Source of the DNA: Nitrospirota bacterium
GTDB taxonomy: Bacteria > Nitrospirota > UBA9217
Direction: 5' to 3'
DNA length: 64,000 nucleotides
Assembly (NCBI GenBank): GCA_963754875.1
Contig: CAVWHO010000010.1
Span: forward strand, 1-64,000
Below are positions 9,516 through 18,719 of the stretch, in pieces. Both the position numbers and the translations under genes were made by a program. Every line of letters begins with the position of its first letter. Position 1 is the first letter of the stretch. The notes beneath the pieces are model-generated. The model did not search any database, was not told where the DNA came from, and saw nothing but the letters and a program-made list of their open reading frames with translations.

Positions 9516-10463
9516 ATGAGACTTCTGTCTATTCTTATGACATTGCTGCTCACCGCAGCCTGCGGCGCGTCGGTTCCCCGCCACGCCGTGCCATCCCCTG
9601 CGTCGGCGCCGCTATTTACCTTCATTTTCGATGACGGAAACGACACCGACTATCTCGTGGCCAAGGACATCTTTGCGGAACAGGGGGCAGTCGCCTGCTC
9701 CGCAATCACGACGGACTGGATCAATACGAAGGACCATCTGTCCACTGCCCAGATCCGTGCATTGAGAGACGCGGGCTGGGAGATCATGAGCCATACTGTT
9801 TCGCATCCCGATCTTCCGTCACTGTCGGCCTCCCACATTGACGACGAACTTTCCCGCTCCAAGTCCGCGCTGGAAAACCTCGGAGTAACGGTCAATAATC
9901 TCGTCTATCCCTATAATAAAAACAATGAACAAGTCAGGCAGATCGCCCGGAAATACTACCGTTCCGCAAGGGGCGGCACCAACGCGGCGAATGCCCCGGA
10001 TGAAGACCCGTATTTCTTAAAATCCTATGCCAATAAACACGATGTGCGCAGGATGAAGCATTTCATCGACCGCGCATACGTTGACAAGTCCTGGGTCATT
10101 TTCTACCATCACCAGGTAGACATAAAAGTCGATCTTAGCGGCAGGAGGGGGACATTCATTCCCGACGAGAAACTGCTGTTCTCTCCATCAGGAGCAACGG
10201 GCAGATACGAACCGCCGATGTGGTTCCTGTACTTCGGTTCTCTCTATTTTGTGCCCCTCTCGGGGACGCCGCAGGCAGGGGACACGGTTACCGGCCAAAC
10301 AAGCGGAGCCACAGCGAGCATCGATCACGTCATATACGACGAGCGGGCAGCGATCAGTGAAATGCTCCGCTATGTCCGAACAACCTATCCGGACATGCGG
10401 ATCGTCACGATCGACGAGGGCTTGGATATATTGGGCATTCCGAAACATAACCCTCATGAATGA
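9516..10463 (+). CDS. Polysaccharide deacetylase (NodB-like) lipoprotein
   Basis: Lipobox-like LTAAC; FIFDDG, HTVSHPDL, YPYN motifs. Confidence 0.8.
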   Translation: MRLLSILMTLLLTAACGASVPRHAVPSPASAPLFTFIFDDGNDTDYLVAKDIFAEQGAVACSAITTDWINTKDHLSTAQIRALRDAGWEIMSHTVSHPDLPSLSASHIDDELSRSKSALENLGVTVNNLVYPYNKNNEQVRQIARKYYRSARGGTNAANAPDEDPYFLKSYANKHDVRRMKHFIDRAYVDKSWVIFYHHQVDIKVDLSGRRGTFIPDEKLLFSPSGATGRYEPPMWFLYFGSLYFVPLSGTPQAGDTVTGQTSGATASIDHVIYDERAAISEMLRYVRTTYPDMRIVTIDEGLDILGIPKHNPHE

Positions 10464-11634
10464 ACAGGCAATCCTCATAACCGGCATGGGAGCGATCTCC
10501 GCTGCAGGCGCAACAATCATCGAGACGCTCGCGACGTTCGAACGAGGGACGAGAAATGCAGGTCCTGTTACGCTTTTTCGCACTGCGCTTACTTATCCGG
10601 TATTCGAAGTAAAGCACGTCCCACCACACTTTGAACTCGAAGGCCAGAGGACGCTGGGTCTGGCTCTCGTTGCCGTAGATCAGGCGCTGACGGATGCGGG
10701 CCTGAGCGACTTGTCCGGGTATCGGGTCGGCGTCTGCATGGGCACGACGGTGGCGAGCCAGTTGAACGATTTAGAGTTCTATACTTCCTACCGGGAACGC
10801 GGGTCGGCTTCGATGACGTCCGTTGACCGGTTTTTAAAAGGCAACCTTGCGGAAGCCATTGCCCGTAAGACGAAAGCACGGGGCCCGCAGCTTACGATCG
10901 TAAATGCCTGTTCCTCAGGAACGGACGCGATCGGCGCGGCCTTGTCGTGGCTCAAGGGCGATCTCTGCGATATCGTGATTGCAGGCGGCGCTGATGAGCT
11001 GAACCATGTGCCGTACTGCGGTTTCGGATCGCTCGGGATACTGAATCCCGGTCTCTGTTCACCCTTTGACCGCGACCGGAAGGGCCTGAATCTCGGGGAA
11101 GGCGCGGGCGTCGTGGTCCTCGAAAAGAAATCCTGCGCCGACAAACGAGGGTGCTCGTCCGACCTTGTTCTCCTCGGATACGGCTCGTCGAGCGACGCCT
11201 ATCATCTGACTGCCCCGAGTCCCGAGGGAGTAGGCCTCAAAACGTCTCTTTCTGCTGCATTGGCGGAAGCCGAAATAGGACCACAAGACGTCAGTTTCGT
11301 GAACGCCCATGGAACAGGCACGAATGACAATGATCTGGTCGAGGGCACCACACTTGCCGCGATATTCGGCACGTGTATCAAAATGCTTTCGACAAAAGGG
11401 TTCACCGGCCATACCCTGGGTGCAGCCGGCGGACTCGAGGCCGTATTCACGGCTCTCGGGTTGCGGGAAGGCTGGATACCGGCGAGCGTTGGTTTTCAAA
11501 ATCAGGACGAGGCCATCCCCCTTGCGCCGGTGCGTGAAAAAACATCCATCCAAGGCAGGTTCGCCGTTTCAACGTCCCTGGCTTTCGGCGGCAACAACGC
11601 AGCTCTTGTGATCGGACAGAGGAAGTCCGCATGA
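10456..11634 (+). CDS. Beta-ketoacyl-ACP synthase (KS2)
   Basis: VNACSSG, NAHGTGT, GHTLGAAG, SLAFGGNN. Confidence 0.92.
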   Translation: MNEQAILITGMGAISAAGATIIETLATFERGTRNAGPVTLFRTALTYPVFEVKHVPPHFELEGQRTLGLALVAVDQALTDAGLSDLSGYRVGVCMGTTVASQLNDLEFYTSYRERGSASMTSVDRFLKGNLAEAIARKTKARGPQLTIVNACSSGTDAIGAALSWLKGDLCDIVIAGGADELNHVPYCGFGSLGILNPGLCSPFDRDRKGLNLGEGAGVVVLEKKSCADKRGCSSDLVLLGYGSSSDAYHLTAPSPEGVGLKTSLSAALAEAEIGPQDVSFVNAHGTGTNDNDLVEGTTLAAIFGTCIKMLSTKGFTGHTLGAAGGLEAVFTALGLREGWIPASVGFQNQDEAIPLAPVREKTSIQGRFAVSTSLAFGGNNAALVIGQRKSA

Positions 11635-12701
11635 ATATTCTCGGAATTGGGACCGTTTGCGCAGCCGGAGTTGGTATCAACTCATTCGAGAATGCCTTGC
11701 GAAGGGGTTGGCAGAAACCGGTTGAAGTGGAGGCGGCAAGGTTTCCGGTGACCAGGTATCCGGTATACCAGGTCGACCTCGGCGCTGTGCCTGACAAAAC
11801 GCTCCTCAAGAAGATCAGGCGTTCCGATAAGCTCAGCAAAATGAGCGTTCTTGCGGCAGCGGAGGCCATGAGGGACAGTGGTATCGATATTGTTCAGGCA
11901 AAGAACCTGGGGGTCATCGTCGCTACCGGGTTCGGCGCCCATGTGACGACGTTCGGTTTTCTGGACGACATCCTCAACTACGGCGACGCCGCGGTATCGC
12001 CGACGACATTTTCCAACTCGGTCCATAATGCCGCAGCTTCCTACGTTTCTTCCACTCTTGATATCAAGGGGCCGACTCTGACGATCACGCAGTTTCGTTT
12101 CTCCTTTCAGGCAGCGCTCCAGCTGGCACAAACCTGGCTCCATCAACAACGCTGCGATTACGTACTCGTCGGCGCCGTTGACCAGTATGGCGATGTGCTG
12201 GGGTATGTTTCCGACGAGAAACTTGCCTTTGCTAAGGACGGCAAGATTAAACCTTTCATCTTCAAGCCGACCTGCCATGTACCCGGCGAGGGAGCTGCCT
12301 TCTATCTGGTGAGTATGAAGCAGACAAGGCAAGCCTACTGCTCCATCCCATCGATCGCAATGAACGAAACTATGGATTCCGGTACTTCAGCGGATATCAA
12401 CATCATTGACGCCGATGGCATGCTGAGAGATGAATCTTCTTATCTCGCGTCGTTGCCGCAGGACACACCGACAACTGCCTATTCGCCGATCTTCGGCAGC
12501 ATGATGACCGGGAGCGCCTTCAACGTTGCTGCAGGCGCGCTTATGCTCAAAAACCAGGAGCACTTTGCTGCACCTGTGCTGGACAATCCGAACGGACTTC
12601 GGCTTGTTACTGAAACCCGGCAAGCCCGTGTCGAATCAATCCGCTGCATTGGCTGCAACTGCTACGCGGAGAAGTCCGTGCTTTATTTGTCGAAGCAGTG
12701 A
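11631..12701 (+). CDS. KS-like chain-length-factor partner 2
   Basis: SPTTFSNSVHNAAAS, PGEGAAF; Cys region reads TITQFRFS (no catalytic Cys). Confidence 0.8.
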   Translation: MNILGIGTVCAAGVGINSFENALRRGWQKPVEVEAARFPVTRYPVYQVDLGAVPDKTLLKKIRRSDKLSKMSVLAAAEAMRDSGIDIVQAKNLGVIVATGFGAHVTTFGFLDDILNYGDAAVSPTTFSNSVHNAAASYVSSTLDIKGPTLTITQFRFSFQAALQLAQTWLHQQRCDYVLVGAVDQYGDVLGYVSDEKLAFAKDGKIKPFIFKPTCHVPGEGAAFYLVSMKQTRQAYCSIPSIAMNETMDSGTSADINIIDADGMLRDESSYLASLPQDTPTTAYSPIFGSMMTGSAFNVAAGALMLKNQEHFAAPVLDNPNGLRLVTETRQARVESIRCIGCNCYAEKSVLYLSKQ

Positions 12702-12808
12702 GCTCGATCTTGTTTCCCGTTGAATTATCGGGAACCATCAGATATAATTCACGTGCTTTGAATCAATATTCTTAAGTTTGATCACCGGGAGTAGAGGCTG
12801 AAATAATC

Positions 12809-13051
12809 ATGACCGTCCAGGACATAGAACAAAAACTGATCGAAGGAATTTCTTCGATCACGAACAAGGACAAGTCGGCCATCGCCGCAGATATACCGTT
12901 CCACGAACTCGGCATCGACTCGCTTGGGTTTGTCGAAATCCTTGTGTTCATTGAAAAGTCGTTCAAGCTCCAGTTGATTGCGTCGGACCTGACCAAAAAG
13001 GACTTCGAGACCATCCATACCCTGTCGTCGTATATCAGCGGAAAACTGTAA
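12809..13051 (+). CDS. Acyl carrier protein 2
   Basis: ELGIDSLGFVEIL motif, 80 aa acidic. Confidence 0.9.
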   Translation: MTVQDIEQKLIEGISSITNKDKSAIAADIPFHELGIDSLGFVEILVFIEKSFKLQLIASDLTKKDFETIHTLSSYISGKL

Positions 13052-13063
13052 CTCCGGATTTTT

Positions 13064-14383
13064 ATGCTCCTATCCAAGCGCAAGCGCTACCTATCGGGTT
13101 CGGACTGGGTGATCAACACTCTCGATTACATGATGAAGTCCGTGACCTGCTCCGGCAATATGTCGCAGCTGGTGCTCACGCTCGAAGGGACTGTTGACGA
13201 AAAAGAAGTCAGGTCTCGCTTGAACAGCTTTGTCAAACGGTTTCCCGTGGTTCACGGGTCCGTGTCGCGGGACTTTAAGCTCACTCCCTACTGGAAAATT
13301 CCTGCCAGGTCCGAAGAGGATGTATCGATCTTCGTCACCCCTATTGAATCGCTTGAAAGGCAGGGGACCTTGCTCCCGCTCTTGGAAAAGAGCGCCAATA
13401 CGAATTTCCGGGACAATTGCGAGCATGTTGCTTTCCATCTCTTCATCGGCAACGAACAGAGCGCTCTTGCCATGATGTTCGACCACCGGCTTTTCGACGC
13501 CCGAGGCGCTGAAATGTTCCTGGACCTCTTTCAGCGGAGTTTACAGGCGGAAGCCCCTTCCGGTGATGTCACGTTTATTTCGTCACAGGAACTCACGAAG
13601 TGGAAGAAGAAGTTCCTGGCGGGCCGCAGCGTAAACCGCAGGATCATCGCGTTAACACGATCTGCTGCTCCGGCATCGTTGCCGCTCCCAACGGAAAAGG
13701 GAAAAGGCTATAAGTACCAGTTAGTGACCTTTAGCGCGGATGAAACCACAGCTCTTTATGACGCCGCATATCGAGACGCCGGCTATCTCATGGAGTCACC
13801 CTATTTTCTGTCGCTCATCACGCAGGCTGTGCACGAAGTTTTTCGGAACAGACTTTCGAACGGATCAAGCTATGTTATTCCCGTTACCGTGGATTTAAGA
13901 CAGGGCAAAGACCCGCTGCAGGAAACGTTCTTTAATCATTTGTCCTATCTTTTTTACCAGGTGCCGGTGGAGTCGGTCCATGACCTGAAGGGTCTGATCA
14001 ATTCTTTCAAACAGCAGATGTACGATCAGGTCAAATCCGGCTTTCCAAAGGACCTGGCAGAGGCAAGCCTGCTCACGAGGATAGCGCCGCTGCCGCTCCT
14101 GGGCAAGCTTTTACATATCCCGCTCAAAGGGAGAATGGCGACCTTTGCCTTCTCTCATTTGGGAAAAAGCGCATACCAATCGTCTGAGTTTCTGGGCAGG
14201 GGGATCGAGAATATTTTTCATATGCCCCGCGTGCCTGTACCGCCCGGGCTTGGGTTTTTCAGCACGAGCTATAACGGACGACTCAATCTTATTATTTCAT
14301 ACCTTGACGGTGTGCTTACGGAAGAAGATGCCGATGGACTCTCGGCAGCGATACAGAAGAAGTTCGGAAGGGTGCAAAAGTGA
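13064..14383 (+). CDS. Condensation-domain/CoA-dependent acyltransferase-like protein
   Basis: HxxxD motif DHRLFDARG, IPVTVDLR, C-terminal YNGRLNLIISY; CAT-like superfamily layout. Confidence 0.7.
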   Translation: MLLSKRKRYLSGSDWVINTLDYMMKSVTCSGNMSQLVLTLEGTVDEKEVRSRLNSFVKRFPVVHGSVSRDFKLTPYWKIPARSEEDVSIFVTPIESLERQGTLLPLLEKSANTNFRDNCEHVAFHLFIGNEQSALAMMFDHRLFDARGAEMFLDLFQRSLQAEAPSGDVTFISSQELTKWKKKFLAGRSVNRRIIALTRSAAPASLPLPTEKGKGYKYQLVTFSADETTALYDAAYRDAGYLMESPYFLSLITQAVHEVFRNRLSNGSSYVIPVTVDLRQGKDPLQETFFNHLSYLFYQVPVESVHDLKGLINSFKQQMYDQVKSGFPKDLAEASLLTRIAPLPLLGKLLHIPLKGRMATFAFSHLGKSAYQSSEFLGRGIENIFHMPRVPVPPGLGFFSTSYNGRLNLIISYLDGVLTEEDADGLSAAIQKKFGRVQK

Positions 14384-15588
14384 AGCAGTCCGGCTGTGAT
14401 GTTCTTGTGGTCGGCGGGGGCGTTGCAGGAACCTTGGCCGCAGTAGCTGCTGCCCGGGACAATGTCCGAACCATACTCGTTGACAAGGGGCCATTCCTCG
14501 GCGGTTTAGGGTACGCAGGGATGTTTCAATCCATCTGCGGCCTCTATCTGAACGGCGAGTCCTTCCCTGACGAGACGCTGAACGCAGGGATCGTTCGGGA
14601 GGTCGTGGACCGATTACACAAAATATCGCCTGAAAAAAAAGTGCACAAGATGGGGAAGGTCTTTGTTCTTCCTTATTCGCGGGAAGCACTGCAATCTACG
14701 TTGGTCGATCTCTGTGCTGCAGAACAGAATCTGGATGTCCTTTACAGTTCTTCGGCCACATCAGTCACCATGCAGAACGGAAAGATCGAATGTCTTATCT
14801 TCAGTAGATCGGAGGAGGGGCAAAGCGTAAGACCTGCCGTAGTCATCGACTGCTCGGGCGATGGTGTTGTTGCTGCTCTGGCCGGGGGGAAATGGGATCT
14901 TGCATCGACGGAGGAACGACAGCTTGCAGGCTTCACTCTGCACGTGAAAGGATTGAAGGACCCCGATGAATTGCTGGCCATTAAGGTCCCCTATTGCCTG
15001 GCAGAGGCTGTGAAAGAGGGGAAATTTGCTTCTCCTCTGCAATTTACTACGTTTAGCCCCGGAGATGCCCCCGACGAGGGCTACTGCAAGATCAGTGTCG
15101 CTGATCATGAAGGAAACGATAAGGAAGAAAAGGCCAGAAAAGATGCTGAGGAAGTTCATCATTATCTCTCGCAGGTACTTCCTGCTTTTAAGGATTCCTC
15201 TATTATAGAAACATCGCCATACGTCCTGGAACGGGAAGGGCGGCGGGTAAGAGGCGATTACACGCTTACCGAAGACGACGTGCTCTCGGGCAGGAAATTT
15301 GAAGACGGGATCGTTAAAAACTCCTGGCCTGTAGAGCTTTGGGACAGTAAGAAGGGAACGATCTATAAATATCTTCAGCCCGGAGAATACTACGAGATCC
15401 CTTTCCGGTGTCTGATCGTCAAAGGCGTTTCGAACCTGCTGACTGCCGGACGCTGTATATCAGCGTCCCACGAGGCCCTTGGCTCGACGCGGGTTATGGG
15501 CGCGTGCATGGCGCTCGGTGAACAAGCAGGCAGGGCTGCAGCCTATCGGGTGAAGCACGGCAAGTATCCGGAGAAGGTGACGGATTAG
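14380..15588 (+). CDS. FAD-dependent oxidoreductase
   Basis: DVLVVGGGVAG, IDCSGDG, REGRR, YYEIPFRCL, NLLTAGRCIS, RVMGACMALGEQAG. Confidence 0.85.
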   Translation: MKQSGCDVLVVGGGVAGTLAAVAAARDNVRTILVDKGPFLGGLGYAGMFQSICGLYLNGESFPDETLNAGIVREVVDRLHKISPEKKVHKMGKVFVLPYSREALQSTLVDLCAAEQNLDVLYSSSATSVTMQNGKIECLIFSRSEEGQSVRPAVVIDCSGDGVVAALAGGKWDLASTEERQLAGFTLHVKGLKDPDELLAIKVPYCLAEAVKEGKFASPLQFTTFSPGDAPDEGYCKISVADHEGNDKEEKARKDAEEVHHYLSQVLPAFKDSSIIETSPYVLEREGRRVRGDYTLTEDDVLSGRKFEDGIVKNSWPVELWDSKKGTIYKYLQPGEYYEIPFRCLIVKGVSNLLTAGRCISASHEALGSTRVMGACMALGEQAGRAAAYRVKHGKYPEKVTD

Positions 15589-15639
15589 TGCGCTTCAATA
15601 TTTGTTCATTCGTAAGAAGTCGGATAATCTTCTTTAGAT

Positions 15640-15771
15640 GTCATTCCCCGCTCCTTATTAAAAATAGGATGCGGTGCGCTGCCGGCCTGCCTCGACCTGT
15701 CAGGGCTCGTCCGGAATCGCCTCTTTCAGTACGTTGTAAAAGCACTACGACTCCCGACAAGAGGGAATGAC
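15640..15771. repeat. GTCATTCCC...GGGAATGAC palindromic element (RPE/dRS3-like)
   Basis: 9-bp terminal inverted repeats bounding 132 bp inside the cluster. Confidence 0.5.
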
Positions 15772-15858
15772 GACTTATAGTTGCGGGGGCAAAAGGTTTT
15801 CTCCGTGCCTCAGTGTCTCTGTGGTTAAAAGTAGATTTCATCCTATCAGGGGGTTTTA

Positions 15859-17295
15859 GTGCGTATATTACTTGTAAAACCGAATCCTCAATTGCTTGTT
15901 GCCAGACGACTTCAGGAAGGCTTTCTGCACCTCGAACCGCTGGAACTCGAAATGGTCGCTGCCGGAGTGCCGCTTGAGGACGAAGTCGTCATCCAGGACC
16001 TGAGCTTTGAAAAAGATCCGGTGCTCGGTTTTGAAAACAAAGTCCGGCAATTCGATCCGCAGATCGTCGGGTTCACCGGGTACAGCAGCCAGTCCGGTCT
16101 CGTCAAACGACTTGCTGATCTCACGAAGCAGATCAATTCAAAGATCGTGACCGTGGTCGGAGGGACCCATGCGACGATCATACCTGGGGACTATGCGTTG
16201 AACGGCAAGGGCATCGATGTCATCGTTCGCGGAGAAGGGGGTACTGCGTTCGCAGAGATCGTCAGGCGCTTTAAGAACAACGAGCCGCTTGCGTTCGGCG
16301 ATGCCGTGCTGTCGCCCCGTGCAGCGGATTTCGCGGAAAAGGCTGCAGGCCCACCGCCGGAATTCCCGCCCGTGGAGCAGATCCCGCGGGCGCGGCGGGA
16401 ACTCGTGGACCGCTCACGTTACTTCTGCGTCTGGACTTCGAGTACGGAAAAGAAACTCGATACGATCTTCCCCCGTACGGCAAGCATGCGGACCTCGACG
16501 GGCTGCGCCTATTCATGCTCTTTCTGCGTGGTGCATCACCTGATGCGAGGCAAATATCTTCAGCGTCATCCGGAGGACGTGGTCGACGAGATCGCAAAGG
16601 TGCCGGAGGAGCATATCTATTTTGTCGACGACGAGACCTTCCTGAACAAGGACCGCCTGACGAGGATCGCGAACCTGCTTCTCGAAAAGGGCATCAAAAA
16701 GAAGTATATCAGCTGGGCGCGAGCTGATACGATCGTTAAATATCCCGAACTGTTCAGGCTCTGGAAACAGGTCGGCTTGAGCGTGGTGTACGTCGGCCTC
16801 GAAGCCATGGTGGGGTCCCGGCTCGACAAGTATAAAAAACGGACGAGCGTGGACACGAACCGCAAGGCAATAGAACTTCTGAAGGAGATCGGCATCACGC
16901 TGCACGCAAGCTTCATGGTGGACCCCGACTTCTCGGTCCAGGATTTCAAGGACCTCGAAAAGGAGATCATGAAGGTCTGTCCCGCAGAAGTGACCTTTAC
17001 GGTCTTCTCGCCGTCGCCGGGGACAGACCTCTGGAAGCAGCATAAGGACGACTATATCGTCGATCCCTATCTCTATTATGACTGCATGCACACCATCCTG
17101 CCTACCAAGCTCGACATGAACACATTTTATGCGCACTTTGCCAAACTGTCGAGGGTCGCACTCCAGGCAAATCCGCTCCGGGTCAATAAGGTGAAGGTGC
17201 CGTTCAAAGAAATGATAAAGATCATCTATCTCGGCACGCGGTATATTTCTTCGATGCGTAACATCTATAAGGATTACCTGCCGAAAAAATCATGA
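15859..17295 (+). CDS. B12-binding radical SAM protein 3
   Basis: EPLELE, VVGGTHAT, VRGEG, TSTGCAYSCSFC. Confidence 0.9.
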   Translation: MRILLVKPNPQLLVARRLQEGFLHLEPLELEMVAAGVPLEDEVVIQDLSFEKDPVLGFENKVRQFDPQIVGFTGYSSQSGLVKRLADLTKQINSKIVTVVGGTHATIIPGDYALNGKGIDVIVRGEGGTAFAEIVRRFKNNEPLAFGDAVLSPRAADFAEKAAGPPPEFPPVEQIPRARRELVDRSRYFCVWTSSTEKKLDTIFPRTASMRTSTGCAYSCSFCVVHHLMRGKYLQRHPEDVVDEIAKVPEEHIYFVDDETFLNKDRLTRIANLLLEKGIKKKYISWARADTIVKYPELFRLWKQVGLSVVYVGLEAMVGSRLDKYKKRTSVDTNRKAIELLKEIGITLHASFMVDPDFSVQDFKDLEKEIMKVCPAEVTFTVFSPSPGTDLWKQHKDDYIVDPYLYYDCMHTILPTKLDMNTFYAHFAKLSRVALQANPLRVNKVKVPFKEMIKIIYLGTRYISSMRNIYKDYLPKKS

Positions 17296-18719
17296 ACCTC
17301 TTCGACATCATAAAGCGGGAAACCGAAGGACTCGACAAGAACATCGCGGTGATCGAGGGAGACACCTCGCTGACCTACAGCCAGCTGTTTTCCTCCGCTC
17401 AACAGGTAGCCGAGACCCTGAGAACGTACGGCGTCGGCCGTTTGCACCGGGTCGGGCTTTTATGCGACGACAGCATCGACTACATCATCGCGAGCCTCGC
17501 GATTTTGTCCTTATCAGCAGCCATTGTGCCGGTTTCTCCTGAGCAGACAGCGGAAGAAGTTGAAACCGTCATCGAACGGATCGATGTCGACTTCCTCGTT
17601 GCCGAACCGCGGCTCCGGCAAGGGGGCTACAGCGATCCGCTCCCGTCAAAGGGATTCATTGAAAAAGAGTTCATGATCGTGAAAAGGACGGTAAAAGAAC
17701 GTCCGAAGGCTGAGTATTTCAGGACCAATCCAGCCTTCATCCGGTTCAGCTCAGGCACAACCGGAACGAGCAAAGGCGTGGTGCTGTCCCATGAAGCGAT
17801 CCTGGAGCGGACCGATGCAGCGGACATGGGCCTCCGGATAACCTCAAAGGACAGGGTGCTCTGGGTCCTGTCCATGAGCTTTCATTTCGTGGTCACCATC
17901 CTGCTGTTCCTGCGGCGCGGCGCGACGATCGTGCTCTGCGGCCATCGTTTCCCCGAGACATTGATCGAGGGCATCACGAGGCACAAGGGGACCTTTATTT
18001 ATGCCTCGCCCTTTCATTACAGCATTCTGGCGCGTACCGATGCGTTGACCAGTAATGCGCTCAAGGACATTCGTTTAGCAGTTTCAACTGCAATGAAGCT
18101 CCCGGAAGACATAGCCGGTGATTTTTTTACGAAATTCGGCTTCGAGCTGACCGAAGCGTACGGCATCATCGAAGTCGGACTTCCCTTCGTCCGTCTCTCC
18201 GGCGGCAGGGACAAGCGCGGGTCCGTGGGCAAACCGCTGCCGGATTATCAGATCCAGCTCGACCGGAAAGACGCAGGCGGCGTGGGATCGATCCGCATCA
18301 AAGGCAAAGGCATGCTCGATGCGTACTATTCTCCCTGGCAGGGGAGGGATGACATCCTCGTGGACGGCTGGTTCAAAACAGGCGACCTCGGCGAGATCGA
18401 TGCGGACGGTTTTCTGTTTATCGTGGGCAGGGAAAAAGACGTCATCAACTTTGTCGGAATGAAGGTTTTTGCCCAGGAGGTCGAGTCTGTTCTCAACCAG
18501 CACCCGCAGGTGAAAGAATCTCTGGTCTACGGGGCCCCTCATGCCGTATACGGGCAGCTGCCGATGGCGAAGATCGTGCTCCGGGAGGGATCAGGCAGCC
18601 TGGAAGTAAATGACCTGCGCCGGTATTGCTATGAGCACCTCGCCCAATACAAAGTGCCGAAGGATTTCGAATTTGTGGACCAGCTTGCAAAAACGGCGAG
18701 CGGAAAGATCAAACGATGA
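17292..18719 (+). CDS. AMP-dependent acyl-CoA/ACP ligase
   Basis: FSSGTTGTSKG, EAYGIIEVG, GWFKTGDLG, KTASGKIKR. Confidence 0.9.
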   Translation: MNLFDIIKRETEGLDKNIAVIEGDTSLTYSQLFSSAQQVAETLRTYGVGRLHRVGLLCDDSIDYIIASLAILSLSAAIVPVSPEQTAEEVETVIERIDVDFLVAEPRLRQGGYSDPLPSKGFIEKEFMIVKRTVKERPKAEYFRTNPAFIRFSSGTTGTSKGVVLSHEAILERTDAADMGLRITSKDRVLWVLSMSFHFVVTILLFLRRGATIVLCGHRFPETLIEGITRHKGTFIYASPFHYSILARTDALTSNALKDIRLAVSTAMKLPEDIAGDFFTKFGFELTEAYGIIEVGLPFVRLSGGRDKRGSVGKPLPDYQIQLDRKDAGGVGSIRIKGKGMLDAYYSPWQGRDDILVDGWFKTGDLGEIDADGFLFIVGREKDVINFVGMKVFAQEVESVLNQHPQVKESLVYGAPHAVYGQLPMAKIVLREGSGSLEVNDLRRYCYEHLAQYKVPKDFEFVDQLAKTASGKIKR

